Assembly: GCA_038065175.1 (NCBI GenBank)
Contig: JBBTRN010000002.1
Coordinates: 1-57,592, forward strand
From: Patescibacteria group bacterium
GTDB lineage: Bacteria; Patescibacteriota; Doudnabacteria; UBA920
Length of the DNA stretch: 57,592 bases
Reading direction: 5' to 3'
The position numbers were made by a program, and so were the translations under genes. This document shows positions 40,466 to 48,816 of this stretch, in pieces (positions within the stretch are counted from its first letter, which is position 1; every line of letters begins with the position of its first letter). The notes beneath the pieces are model-generated. The model was not told the DNA's origin, searched no databases, and worked only from the letters and a program-made list of their open reading frames with translations.

Positions 40466-40510
40466 TTTGCTTTTTTATTTAGTTTTGCTATCCTGACTAT
40501 ATAAATTATC

Positions 40511-41743
40511 ATGAAATTAAAAAATCATATGGCAGAAGTTAAACCAAAAATCCAATCATTTGCCAGAATTAAGGTTCTTGGCATTGGGGGATCCGGTACC
40601 TCGGCTGTTAACCGTATGACTGAACTTGGGATTAAAGGCGTGGAATTCATAGCGATAAATACCGATGCCCAGGCGCTCCATAACAACCACGCGGACATTA
40701 AGGTCCATATTGGCAAGGGGATTACCAAAGGCTTAGGTAGCGGCATGAACCCCGAACTCGGGCGCCAAGCGGCCGAGGAGTCCATAGAGGAACTGGAAGA
40801 CGTGGTAGATAACGCGGATATGGTCTTTTTAACCTGCGGCCTTGGCGGGGGCACCGGAACCGGAGCCGCGCCGATTGTGGCAGAGCTTGCTAAAAATAAA
40901 GGAATTTTGACTGTAGCTTTGGTAACCAAGCCCTTTACTTTTGAAGGCAGTAAGAGAAAAGAAGTGGCCGAAGCCGGCTACGATAATTTAAAAGACAAAG
41001 TAGACGCGATTATTGCGGTTCATAATGACCGGATTTTGCAAATCATCGACAAAAAAACTTCCCTAATAGACGCCTTTAAAACTGTTGATGAAGTTTTAAG
41101 GCAGGGCATAGCCGGTATAAGCGACCTGATAACTACCCACGGCCTGGTCAACGCGGATTTCGCGGATATTAAATCCATAATGCAGGACGCGGGCACAGCC
41201 ATGATGGGCATAGGCAGGGCAAGCGGGGAGAATAGGGCACAGGAAGCGGCAAAGCTTGCCATTAACAGCCCGCTTTTGGATATGTCCTTAGACGGCGCTA
41301 AGGGCGTATTATTTAACATCACCGGCGGCAGGGATTTGGGTATGTTTGAAATTGATGAGGCGGCCAAAGTCATTACCAAAAATATTGACCCAGACGCTAA
41401 AGTTAAATTCGGCGCCGTGGTTGACGATTCCATGGGCGATGAAATTAGGATTACAGTAATTGCCACGGGCTTTGAAGGATCTAACCGAGCTTCCGGCGGC
41501 ATTATGCCGGGCTTTGAAGAGCCAAAAAAAAGCATTTTAAACCCTTCATTCTTTTCGTCCCCAGCATCAGCTCCGCAAAATCAGCAAGCTCCTCACTCTG
41601 AAGCCAGGAAGCCCTTATTTAACCCCCAGCCGGCCCAGCCAAAAACTTCTTCCCAGGCATTTCAGGCTCCCGCCCAGCAAAAGCAGGAGCAAACTGACGA
41701 TGAATTAGAGATTCCCGCCTTCATCCGTAAAAAGATGAAGTAG
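40511..41743 (+). CDS. ftsZ: Cell division protein FtsZ
   Basis: GIGGSGTSAVNRM, the GGGTGTGAAPIVAE tubulin signature, and the C-terminal DDELEIPAFIRKK peptide. Confidence 0.9.
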   Translation: MKLKNHMAEVKPKIQSFARIKVLGIGGSGTSAVNRMTELGIKGVEFIAINTDAQALHNNHADIKVHIGKGITKGLGSGMNPELGRQAAEESIEELEDVVDNADMVFLTCGLGGGTGTGAAPIVAELAKNKGILTVALVTKPFTFEGSKRKEVAEAGYDNLKDKVDAIIAVHNDRILQIIDKKTSLIDAFKTVDEVLRQGIAGISDLITTHGLVNADFADIKSIMQDAGTAMMGIGRASGENRAQEAAKLAINSPLLDMSLDGAKGVLFNITGGRDLGMFEIDEAAKVITKNIDPDAKVKFGAVVDDSMGDEIRITVIATGFEGSNRASGGIMPGFEEPKKSILNPSFFSSPASAPQNQQAPHSEARKPLFNPQPAQPKTSSQAFQAPAQQKQEQTDDELEIPAFIRKKMK

Positions 41744-41752
41744 AGCAAATTG

Positions 41753-41779
41753 AAATTTCCGCCTCTTGCGGAAATTTTT
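41753..41779 (+). terminator. Rho-independent terminator after ftsZ
   Basis: aaatttccgc-ctctt-gcggaaattt followed by tt. Confidence 0.6.
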
Positions 41780-41958
41780 ATTTTGTGCTATAATAATATA
41801 AGTAATGATATTTAAAGGTCGAGCATCAAAAAATTCTGATGCAATATCTATACGATTAAGAAACCAAGATAAAAATACAAATTAATAAAAGCATTTTGAC
41901 CAATTTTTTTATTGGCTCTTTCAATTGGAGAGCGAATAGATTTGGTCCCTGAAAGCAT

Positions 41959-42399
41959 ATGCAAGAACTATTTACTCAAGACACCCCGGGAAAAGTTATG
42001 GGTTTTTTGGGAGCCGCGCTTTTTTCTCTCGCGTTCCTGTTTAGCGTATCTGCGACTAACGCGGGGTTCAGTAGTAACGAATACGCGCTTCCTAACCCTT
42101 TTGCGCCGGAAAAAGTCGTAAGCGTAATTGACCAGGCAGCAGCCGACTACTCAAAAGCCTTATTAGCATTCCTAGAGCCTGCCAGGGAAGCTGTGGCAGT
42201 CCATATGGAAGGCATTGACTGGATATCGGATTTGGCTTCCCAGCCCATAGCCCAAGCCTTAGGCCTAGGCAATACCCAAGCGCCCCAGGTAGCAGGCGCT
42301 TTTGTTAGCGACGCGGACACTCTCTATGTGGACGGTTCTTATGGATCGTTAAGCGTAGATGATATTTACGCAATCTTAATAGAAAATGTCTCAAAATAA
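41959..42399 (+). CDS. Hypothetical protein with N-terminal signal/anchor (146 aa)
   Basis: GFLGAALFSLAFLFSVSATNA hydrophobic N-terminus. No domain recognised. Confidence 0.4.
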   Translation: MQELFTQDTPGKVMGFLGAALFSLAFLFSVSATNAGFSSNEYALPNPFAPEKVVSVIDQAAADYSKALLAFLEPAREAVAVHMEGIDWISDLASQPIAQALGLGNTQAPQVAGAFVSDADTLYVDGSYGSLSVDDIYAILIENVSK

Positions 42400-42574
42400 A
42401 ATAAAAATTTGGATTTACCCCGTTAGAAGCAGAATGCCCCGCGGCTTGCCGCGGGGATGGATGCTCTTTTGTTGTTTTAGCGAACACGGGGTTTAATGCC
42501 CCGCGTGAGCTTCTAACGGGGTTTGCCTTTAAGGTAAATCCTAAAGCAAGATTGTGCAGCTCTTGCCCATTAAA

Positions 42575-42606
42575 CCGCCCCGAGCAGAGTCGAGGGGCGG
42601 TTTTTT
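42575..42606 (+). terminator. Rho-independent terminator (ccgcccc...ggggcgg + T6)
   Basis: A 7-bp GC stem followed by tttttt. Confidence 0.5.
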
Positions 42607-42896
42607 AGTTTAAACGGATAATGACAAACAACAGTCCCTTCTAAGTAATACGGGCATATAGAATTAAAAGTAATTCTATATTCTATATTTATCCGTCGGT
42701 TGTTTATGACTGTAAAAAATTATATATCATCCAAAACACTTTCAACAGAAAGGAGTTGGATAAATGTCCGGCAGGATTTTTTTAGATAAAGTTGACAAAT
42801 TTAAGGCAAAAGATTTTGTAAAATTTTTAAATTTTTTTTTGGGGATAAACCTTTCTAATTTTTTATTTTCCTTTGATTTTAGGCTGTTGCCACTAA

Positions 42897-42945
42897 ATAC
42901 CAGATATAGTATTATCTTAAAGCGTAAGGGTACCAGATATAGGTT
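42897..42945 (+). promoter_or_regulatory. Candidate tandem NrdR boxes
   Basis: ATACCAGATATAGTAT (42897-42912) and GTACCAGATATAGGTT (42930-42945) match 12/16 and 10/16 positions of the NrdR-box consensus acaCwAtATaTwGtgt. The spacing is 33 nt centre to centre, upstream of nrdR-nrdJ. Confidence 0.4.
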
Positions 42946-43035
42946 GATAGTTAATTGATAATTAATGATTGATTATAAAAACCTTAAAAGAGCCCCTATA
43001 GTTGTTTATTGCCAATTATTATTTATCATAAGCCA

Positions 43036-43482
43036 ATGCGTTGTCCTAATTGCCAGAATGAAGATACAAAAGTCGTAGATTCCCGGCCCGTGGAGGAGGG
43101 TAGCGCCATAAGAAGGCGTAGGGAATGCGAAAAATGCCAGTTTAGGTTTTCAACCTATGAAGAAATCGAAATTTTAGACTTAGGGGTAAAAAAGAAAGAC
43201 GGCCGCAAAGAACTATTCAGCAAGGAAAAATTGGAAAGGGGCGTAAGAAGGGCTTTGCAGAAAAGGCAGCATTCGGAAGATACTTTAAGGAAATTAGTTT
43301 CCGGCATTGAGCTTGAGATCCAAAAAAAGGCCATGGGCGGCGAGATTAAGGCTTTGGAAATTGGGGAGATTGTAATGAAAAAATTAAAAAAAGTGGATAA
43401 AGTCGCTTACATCCGCTTTGCTTCGGTGTATAGGCAATTTGAGGATGTGGAAGAGTTTAAAGAAGAGCTGAAGAAGTTATAA
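43036..43482 (+). CDS. nrdR: Transcriptional repressor NrdR
   Basis: MRCPNCQNEDTKVVDSR...CEKC zinc ribbon plus an ATP-cone. Start at ATG 43036 rather than the TTG at 43009. Confidence 0.9.
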   Translation: MRCPNCQNEDTKVVDSRPVEEGSAIRRRRECEKCQFRFSTYEEIEILDLGVKKKDGRKELFSKEKLERGVRRALQKRQHSEDTLRKLVSGIELEIQKKAMGGEIKALEIGEIVMKKLKKVDKVAYIRFASVYRQFEDVEEFKEELKKL

Positions 43483-43653
43483 TTTTAAAAAATAAAAGTT
43501 TATAAATCCTAAACACTAATATCTAAATTCTAAACAAATCCAAATATAAAAATATTAAATACCAAAGACTGCAGGATTCTGAATTTAAAACATTTGGATT
43601 TTGTAATTATTTAGGATTTAGGATTTGGGACTTAGGATTTCTTAAGGAAATGT

Positions 43654-46335
43654 ATGCAACTTAAAGAGAACCTCCAGGAACGCTCTATTAACGCGCTTTC
43701 CGAGCTCGGGGAGAAAATTTTTTTGGACCGCTACGCGGTAAAAGATGTTAAGCGAGAGACTTTGCAAATAGGCGACACAGTCGTGGTTTTGGTAAACCCT
43801 AAAACCGGACAGCGGGAAATTGGTACCATCCAGTCCATTGACTTAAAAGAAAAAACCACCCAAATAGTCCTCAGGGACGGCACCGTGGAAATGCGGGCGA
43901 TTGAACACATAGACAAGCCTTTGGAAACAGTGCCGGAGCAAATGTTTGAAAGGATCGCCAGGCATATAGCCAGCGTTGAGAAAACAGCCGAGAAACAAAA
44001 TGAGTGGCAGGTGAAATTCAGGGAAATGATGGATGACTGGAAATATGTGCCGGCCGGCCGGATTTTTACAGGCGCCGGAACCGGACAAAATTTAACTTTT
44101 TATAATTGCTATGTGATCCCTTCGCCCAAAGATTCCCGACACGGCATTTTTAATACTTTAGGGCAAATGGCGGAAATAATGAGCCGGGGAGGCGGTGTGG
44201 GCATTAACGTTTCTTCTTTAAGGCCGCGCTATGCTTATGTTAAAGGCGTTAACGGCAGGTCTAGCGGCTCGGTATCTTGGGCTTCCCTGTATAGTTTTGT
44301 AACAGGCTTAATTGAGCAAGGGGGTTCGAGGCGCGGAGCTTTAATGCTGATACTTAATGCTTGGCACCCGGATGTAATTGATTTTATTAATTCAAAAAAA
44401 GAAGCGGGTAAAATTACCAACGCTAATATTTCCGTAGGGATTACCGATGATTTTATGCAAGCGGTAAAAGAAGACAAGCCTTGGGATTTGGTTTTCCCTG
44501 ACCCGAGCGACCCGTTGTACGAAAAGGAATGGGACGGGAATTTGCAGAAATGGAAAAGCTTGGGTGGCAGGGTAATCAAACACAAGACCGTGCGCGCCGC
44601 GGATATTTGGGATAACATAATTACTTCGGCTCACTCGAGCGCGGAGCCGGGCATGTATTTTATTGACCGCGCGAACTATTTTTCCAACTCCTGGTATTTT
44701 GCCCCATTGCCCTGCACCAACCCGTGCGGCGAACAGCCTTTGCCAGCCTGGGGCGTGTGTAATTTAGGCCATGTTAATTTAGCTAGGCATATAAATAAGG
44801 ACAGCGGGGAAGTGCTTTGGGATAAGCTTAAAGCCACTGTAGAGCACGCGGTTAGGTTTCAGGACAATGTCATAGACGCCACGCCTTACTTTTTTAAGGA
44901 AAACCAGGAACAGCAATTGTCGGAAAGGCGGGTTGGCATGGGCACAATTGGTTTGGCTGAAATGCTGATTTATAAAAATCTCAAGTATGGCAGTGAGAGC
45001 TGCGTGGAGTTCATTGATAAACTGTATCAATTTATTTCGGTTACGGCTTATGAGACTTCCATTGAGCTGGCGCGGGAGAAGGGCGCTTTTGAAAAATTTG
45101 AAGCGGATAAATATTTACAGAGCGGGTTTATGAAGCAGATGCCGGAATACATCCGCGATTTGGTTAAGCAGTATGGCATAAGAAATGTGACGATTTTAAC
45201 CCAGGCGCCTACGGGCACGGTGGGTACTATGGTCGGGACCAGCACCGGAATTGAACCGTTCTTTTCCTGGACATACTTTAGAAAGAGCAGGCTAGGCGTG
45301 CACGAGGAAAAAGTAAAGCTAGCCGCAGACTACCTGGACAAGCATCCGGGAGAAGAACTGCCTGACTTTTTTGCCACAGCCATGAGTTTGACCCCGGAAG
45401 AACATGTAAGGGTGCAGGCCGCGGTGCAGAGGTGGACCGATTCGGCAATATCCAAAACTGTTAACGCGCCCCAGGAGTATACTATTGAACAGACTAAGCA
45501 ACTGTATACGCTTATGTATGATTTGGGCTGTAAGGGCGGGACAATTTACAGGGACGGCTCAAGGGACGAACAGATTTTAGCCGTTGATTCCAAAAATTTG
45601 GGCAAAGACGCGCATGAGCAGGTGCAGGCCAAAAAATCGGCGGCGGAATCAGAGAGGGAAGTTGCTGAGGTAATGTCGATTTCCGGGGGGAATGTGCAAA
45701 TTAAGCTCGCGCCGAGGGAAAGGCCTTCGGCCATGGTCGGCATGACTTATAAAATGAACACGGCTTACGGCAATTTGTATGTTACGGTAAACGAAGACGG
45801 GCACGGGCCTTTTGAAGTTTTCGCGCAAATGGGCAAGGCTGGCGGGTTTTTCTCTGCCCAGACCGAGGCCATTACCCGCATGATTTCACTGGCTCTGCGC
45901 TCTAATGTGGCGGTGGAGCAAATTATTGCCCAATTAAAAGGCATTCGGGGGCCGGACGTTTCTTTTAATGAAGAAGGCATGATTTTTTCTTTGCCCGATG
46001 CCATAGCTAAAATTTTGGAAAAGCATATTAAAAGGAACCAGCAGCAATTAGCTCTGGGCCTGCCTAATAGGCAGACAGGCCTGCCTGCCGCACCAGATTC
46101 CGACAAACCAGGGGCCTTGTCTGGCGTTGTGGCTAAAATAGCCGAAACAACAGTAATGGAAACCGTTGTGGAAGAAAAAATCCAGACTAATGGCGGCGTG
46201 GCTTATAAAGCCACGCAAAAGATATCAATAGCCAACTTGGGCAATGCCCCGGTGTGCCCTTCCTGCGCGAATATGCTGGTAATGGCCGAAGGGTGTATGA
46301 AGTGCGACAGTTGCGGGTATAGCAAATGCGGATAA
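43654..46335 (+). CDS. nrdJ: Class II (adenosylcobalamin-dependent) ribonucleotide reductase
   Basis: GGGVGINVSSLRP, CTNPCGEQPLPAWGVCNLG (thiyl-radical Cys loop) and a C-terminal CPSC...CMKCDSCG redox/zinc tail. Length is 893 aa. Confidence 0.85.
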   Translation: MQLKENLQERSINALSELGEKIFLDRYAVKDVKRETLQIGDTVVVLVNPKTGQREIGTIQSIDLKEKTTQIVLRDGTVEMRAIEHIDKPLETVPEQMFERIARHIASVEKTAEKQNEWQVKFREMMDDWKYVPAGRIFTGAGTGQNLTFYNCYVIPSPKDSRHGIFNTLGQMAEIMSRGGGVGINVSSLRPRYAYVKGVNGRSSGSVSWASLYSFVTGLIEQGGSRRGALMLILNAWHPDVIDFINSKKEAGKITNANISVGITDDFMQAVKEDKPWDLVFPDPSDPLYEKEWDGNLQKWKSLGGRVIKHKTVRAADIWDNIITSAHSSAEPGMYFIDRANYFSNSWYFAPLPCTNPCGEQPLPAWGVCNLGHVNLARHINKDSGEVLWDKLKATVEHAVRFQDNVIDATPYFFKENQEQQLSERRVGMGTIGLAEMLIYKNLKYGSESCVEFIDKLYQFISVTAYETSIELAREKGAFEKFEADKYLQSGFMKQMPEYIRDLVKQYGIRNVTILTQAPTGTVGTMVGTSTGIEPFFSWTYFRKSRLGVHEEKVKLAADYLDKHPGEELPDFFATAMSLTPEEHVRVQAAVQRWTDSAISKTVNAPQEYTIEQTKQLYTLMYDLGCKGGTIYRDGSRDEQILAVDSKNLGKDAHEQVQAKKSAAESEREVAEVMSISGGNVQIKLAPRERPSAMVGMTYKMNTAYGNLYVTVNEDGHGPFEVFAQMGKAGGFFSAQTEAITRMISLALRSNVAVEQIIAQLKGIRGPDVSFNEEGMIFSLPDAIAKILEKHIKRNQQQLALGLPNRQTGLPAAPDSDKPGALSGVVAKIAETTVMETVVEEKIQTNGGVAYKATQKISIANLGNAPVCPSCANMLVMAEGCMKCDSCGYSKCG

Positions 46336-46337
46336 GA

Positions 46338-46406
46338 CTAATGACAAAATTGACAAAAACGACGTAAATGACAAAAATAGGCGGAACGGCTGCGCGCCGT
46401 TCCGCC
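46338..46406. repeat. TGACAAAA-rich element, copy C, ending in the hairpin ggcggaacgg...ccgttccgcc
   Basis: ctaatgacaaaattgacaaaaacgacgtaaatgacaaaaat plus a GC hairpin at 46379-46406. It lies between nrdJ and cobO. Confidence 0.7.
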
Positions 46407-46419
46407 TTTAAGAAATCTG

Positions 46420-47049
46420 ATGCCAAAAACAAAAGCTATGCCAAAATCATTCTCTGACGAACCTAGGGGTTTGGTTATTTGTTATCTCGGCGCGGGGAAA
46501 GGGAAAACCACGGCGGCTATGGGTATGGCCATAAGAGCCGCGGGCGTGGGCATGAATGTTTACATTTTGCAATTTGTGAAAGCCAAAGGCGCCTTATCAG
46601 AAAATATAAAAGACGGGGAGTGGCCGGTTTCGAGTGAGATAGAATTTTTTGATGAAATTGGACGAATAGGCCGTATTGGACATATAGGACAAATAGAAAA
46701 TGAGCAGGTCGGGTTGGGGTTTGTGGGAATTTTGGGGGATAAGAAAGAAAAAAACATCCATATAAAAGCGGCACTTAATGGTTTAGCCAGGGCCCGTGAA
46801 ATTATCACCAGCGGGGAATATCAGGTTATCATTCTAGACGAAATTATCTCCGCTTTGGAATCCAAATTAATTGAAGAACGGGATATTATAGATCTAATAA
46901 AATTAAAAGGCTCGCTTCAACACCTGGTGTTGACCGGACACAATAAATATCCTAGTATTTTAAAAGAATGTGATTTGGTCACGGAAATGAAAATGGTAAA
47001 GCACCCGTATTATAAGGGAATTTTGGCGCAGAGAGGGATAGATTATTGA
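46420..47049 (+). CDS. cobO: Cob(I)alamin (corrinoid) adenosyltransferase, CobA/CobO/BtuR family
   Basis: P-loop YLGAGKGKTTAAMG, VIILDEI, LVLTGH and VKHPYYKGILAQRGIDY. Confidence 0.8.
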   Translation: MPKTKAMPKSFSDEPRGLVICYLGAGKGKTTAAMGMAIRAAGVGMNVYILQFVKAKGALSENIKDGEWPVSSEIEFFDEIGRIGRIGHIGQIENEQVGLGFVGILGDKKEKNIHIKAALNGLARAREIITSGEYQVIILDEIISALESKLIEERDIIDLIKLKGSLQHLVLTGHNKYPSILKECDLVTEMKMVKHPYYKGILAQRGIDY

Positions 47050-47465
47050 CAAAAATGACAAAAGTTAAAAAATTGACAAAATTAATACTACCGTTGGCAC
47101 TTACTCTATTCTTAGCGGCAAGTTGCAACCAGCAATCAGCAACCAGCAATCAGCAATTGGAGGAGCGCCAGCAGATTCAAGTGTCGCATTTAGTCGAGGG
47201 TGTGGACAGGGGCGACCAATTGTTTAATTTTTACGCGGATGAAAATAAGACCGCTTTGGATTTACTGCGAAGCGGCCATTCTATTGAAACCAAGACTTTT
47301 TCCGGAGTAGGCGAGTATGTAATATCCGTAGACGGCAAAAAAGAAGATACAGGCAAGAATTTTTGGGCGCTTTATGTAAACGGCGAACAATCCCAAGTCG
47401 GTGCGAGCGATTATAAGCCAAAAGACAAAGACAAGATTGTGTGGAAGTTGGAAGAAATAAAATAA
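47046..47465 (+). CDS. DUF4430-like (transcobalamin beta-domain-like) lipoprotein
   Basis: Lipobox LFLAAS|C. The C-terminal GEYVISVDGKKEDTGKNFWALYVNGEQSQVGASDYKPKDKDKIVW matches the DUF4430 pattern. The start is TTG 47046 or ATG 47055. Confidence 0.6.
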   Translation: MTKMTKVKKLTKLILPLALTLFLAASCNQQSATSNQQLEERQQIQVSHLVEGVDRGDQLFNFYADENKTALDLLRSGHSIETKTFSGVGEYVISVDGKKEDTGKNFWALYVNGEQSQVGASDYKPKDKDKIVWKLEEIK

Positions 47466-47482
47466 TTGACATAATTTAAATT

Positions 47483-47776
47483 ATGGATCCATCAATAGAA
47501 GCAAGGTTTGCAAAATTAGCCGCAGCGAAAAGAGAGAACGAGTTATCGCTGGAAGCAGAAAAATTATTTTTACTTCAAGAGCAATCTTATTTTTTGGATA
47601 ATGCTGAACAAGCGGAACTGGATAGTTTTAAAGAATTATTGTGGCCTATCTTGCAAAGGTTTTTGGAGTTGAATTTATTGTCCGGAAATGAAAATTTGCT
47701 TAAAGTATGCCAGCATGCCCTTACACTGCCAAAAATCACAAGAAAAGATGCAAGGGGAGATGCAAGGGGAGAGTAG
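47483..47776 (+). CDS. Hypothetical helical protein (97 aa)
   Basis: An ORF of host composition. Its 3' end contains the tandem 12-mer gatgcaagggga x2. Confidence 0.35.
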   Translation: MDPSIEARFAKLAAAKRENELSLEAEKLFLLQEQSYFLDNAEQAELDSFKELLWPILQRFLELNLLSGNENLLKVCQHALTLPKITRKDARGDARGE

Positions 47777-47849
47777 GTAATATGACCAGAGAGGTTTATA
47801 ATTATGCAGTTATCCAAGAACGTTTAATAACAAGAAGACCTAAATTACC

Positions 47850-48518
47850 ATGATTTATATTATTATCATTTTAGCAGTTATTAGTCGCTTCATTCCGCAT
47901 ATGCCGAATTTTGCGCCCATTACCGCTCTGGCAATTTTTGCTGCGGCTTATTTGCCATGGAAAAAGGCTTTTGGCATTACTTTTGCTGTCCGGTTCATCA
48001 GTGACATATTTTTAGGCTTTGTTTCCTGGCCTATGATGCTCGTGATTTACGCCTCGCATTTAGTTGGCATACTTTTTGGGCTGTGGATTAAACGGGATTC
48101 GTCTGTCATTCCGACCGAGCCCGAGTCTAACGAGGGCGAGCGGAGGAACCCCTTATCTGATGCAGGATTACAAGTTAAGAGATCCCTCGACTCCCCTTCA
48201 GATGCATTCAGGGTCGCTCGGGATGACAGCAAAAGGCGCTGGCTAAAAATCATCTGGTCATCCTTAACAGCATCCGCAATCTTTTTCTTTGCCACTAATT
48301 TTGCTTTCCTTTATTCTAATTACCCCCATAACTTTTCCGGAATCGCCCAAGCCTATATAAACGGCTTGCCGTTTTTGCGCGGCACTTTAATGGGCGATTT
48401 GTTTTATACTGTTGCCCTGTTTGGCGGATATGAATTCGTTCAATATATTTTTCGAGTCCTTCGACTTCGCTCAGGGCAAGCTTCGTCGAGAACAAATAAG
48501 ATTTTAGCTTCTCGATAA
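47850..48518 (+). CDS. Polytopic membrane protein with an N-terminal R..PH.PNF.P motif (possibly the DUF6580-type putative transporter family)
   Basis: SRFIPHMPNFAPITALAIFAAAYL plus several TM helices. The family name is recalled from memory and not verified. The C-terminal 20 aa (RVLRLRSGQASS...) are repeat-encoded. Confidence 0.5.
   Translation: MIYIIIILAVISRFIPHMPNFAPITALAIFAAAYLPWKKAFGITFAVRFISDIFLGFVSWPMMLVIYASHLVGILFGLWIKRDSSVIPTEPESNEGERRNPLSDAGLQVKRSLDSPSDAFRVARDDSKRRWLKIIWSSLTASAIFFFATNFAFLYSNYPHNFSGIAQAYINGLPFLRGTLMGDLFYTVALFGGYEFVQYIFRVLRLRSGQASSRTNKILASR
48105..48227 (+). repeat. 123-nt palindromic element (gtcattccgaccgagc...gctcgggatgac) inserted in frame in the membrane-protein gene
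   Basis: The terminal inverted repeats belong to the gtcatt(c/g)cga family. 123 nt = 41 codons, encoding VIPTEPESNEGERRNPLSDAGLQVKRSLDSPSDAFRVARDD. Confidence 0.75.
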
Positions 48519-48537
48519 ACTCGAAGACTAAAATTTT

Positions 48538-48711
48538 ATGCAAATAAAAGTTATCGCGCATCCCAATTCCAAAAAGCTCAGGGTTGAAAAAGATTTGTTC
48601 GGGAGTTTACAAGTTTATGTAAACAAGCCGGCTTTGGAAGGCAAAGCCACATTGGCTTTGCCTTTAGCCTTGGTGGAATATTTTAAAGTCAAAAATATAA
48701 AATCAGTATAG
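48538..48711 (+). pseudogene. DUF167 (YggU)-like ORF ending at an in-frame TAG; homology continues past the stop
   Basis: MQIKVIAHPNSKK...VNKPALEGKATLALPLALVEYFKVKNIKSV*FVGSSKSRKHFVL aligns with the YggU pattern ...PP.(D/E)GKAN..L...L...v.ks.v.iv.G..sr.K.v.i across the TAG at 48709-48711. Confidence 0.45.
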
Positions 48712-48771
48712 TTCGTAGGCAGTAGTAAAAGCAGAAAGCATTTTGTATTGACTTTTAGTAAGCAAAGAAAA

Positions 48772-48807
48772 ATAGCACGATTTGAGCGGCCGCTCAAATC
48801 GTGCTAT
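48772..48807. repeat. Perfect 36-nt palindrome centred on GCGGCCGC (atagcacgatttgagcggccgctcaaatcgtgctat)
   Basis: Verified by hand as its own reverse complement. Related copies lie at 11844-11873 (inside capA) and 49353-49384. Confidence 0.85.
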
Positions 48808-48816
48808 TATGTATTT

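Noticed and set aside
42764-42958. 64-aa ORF upstream of nrdR.
   Set aside because: It is an AT-rich, low-complexity translation (FLNFFLGINLSNFLFSFDF) that overlaps the candidate NrdR boxes in a regulatory region.
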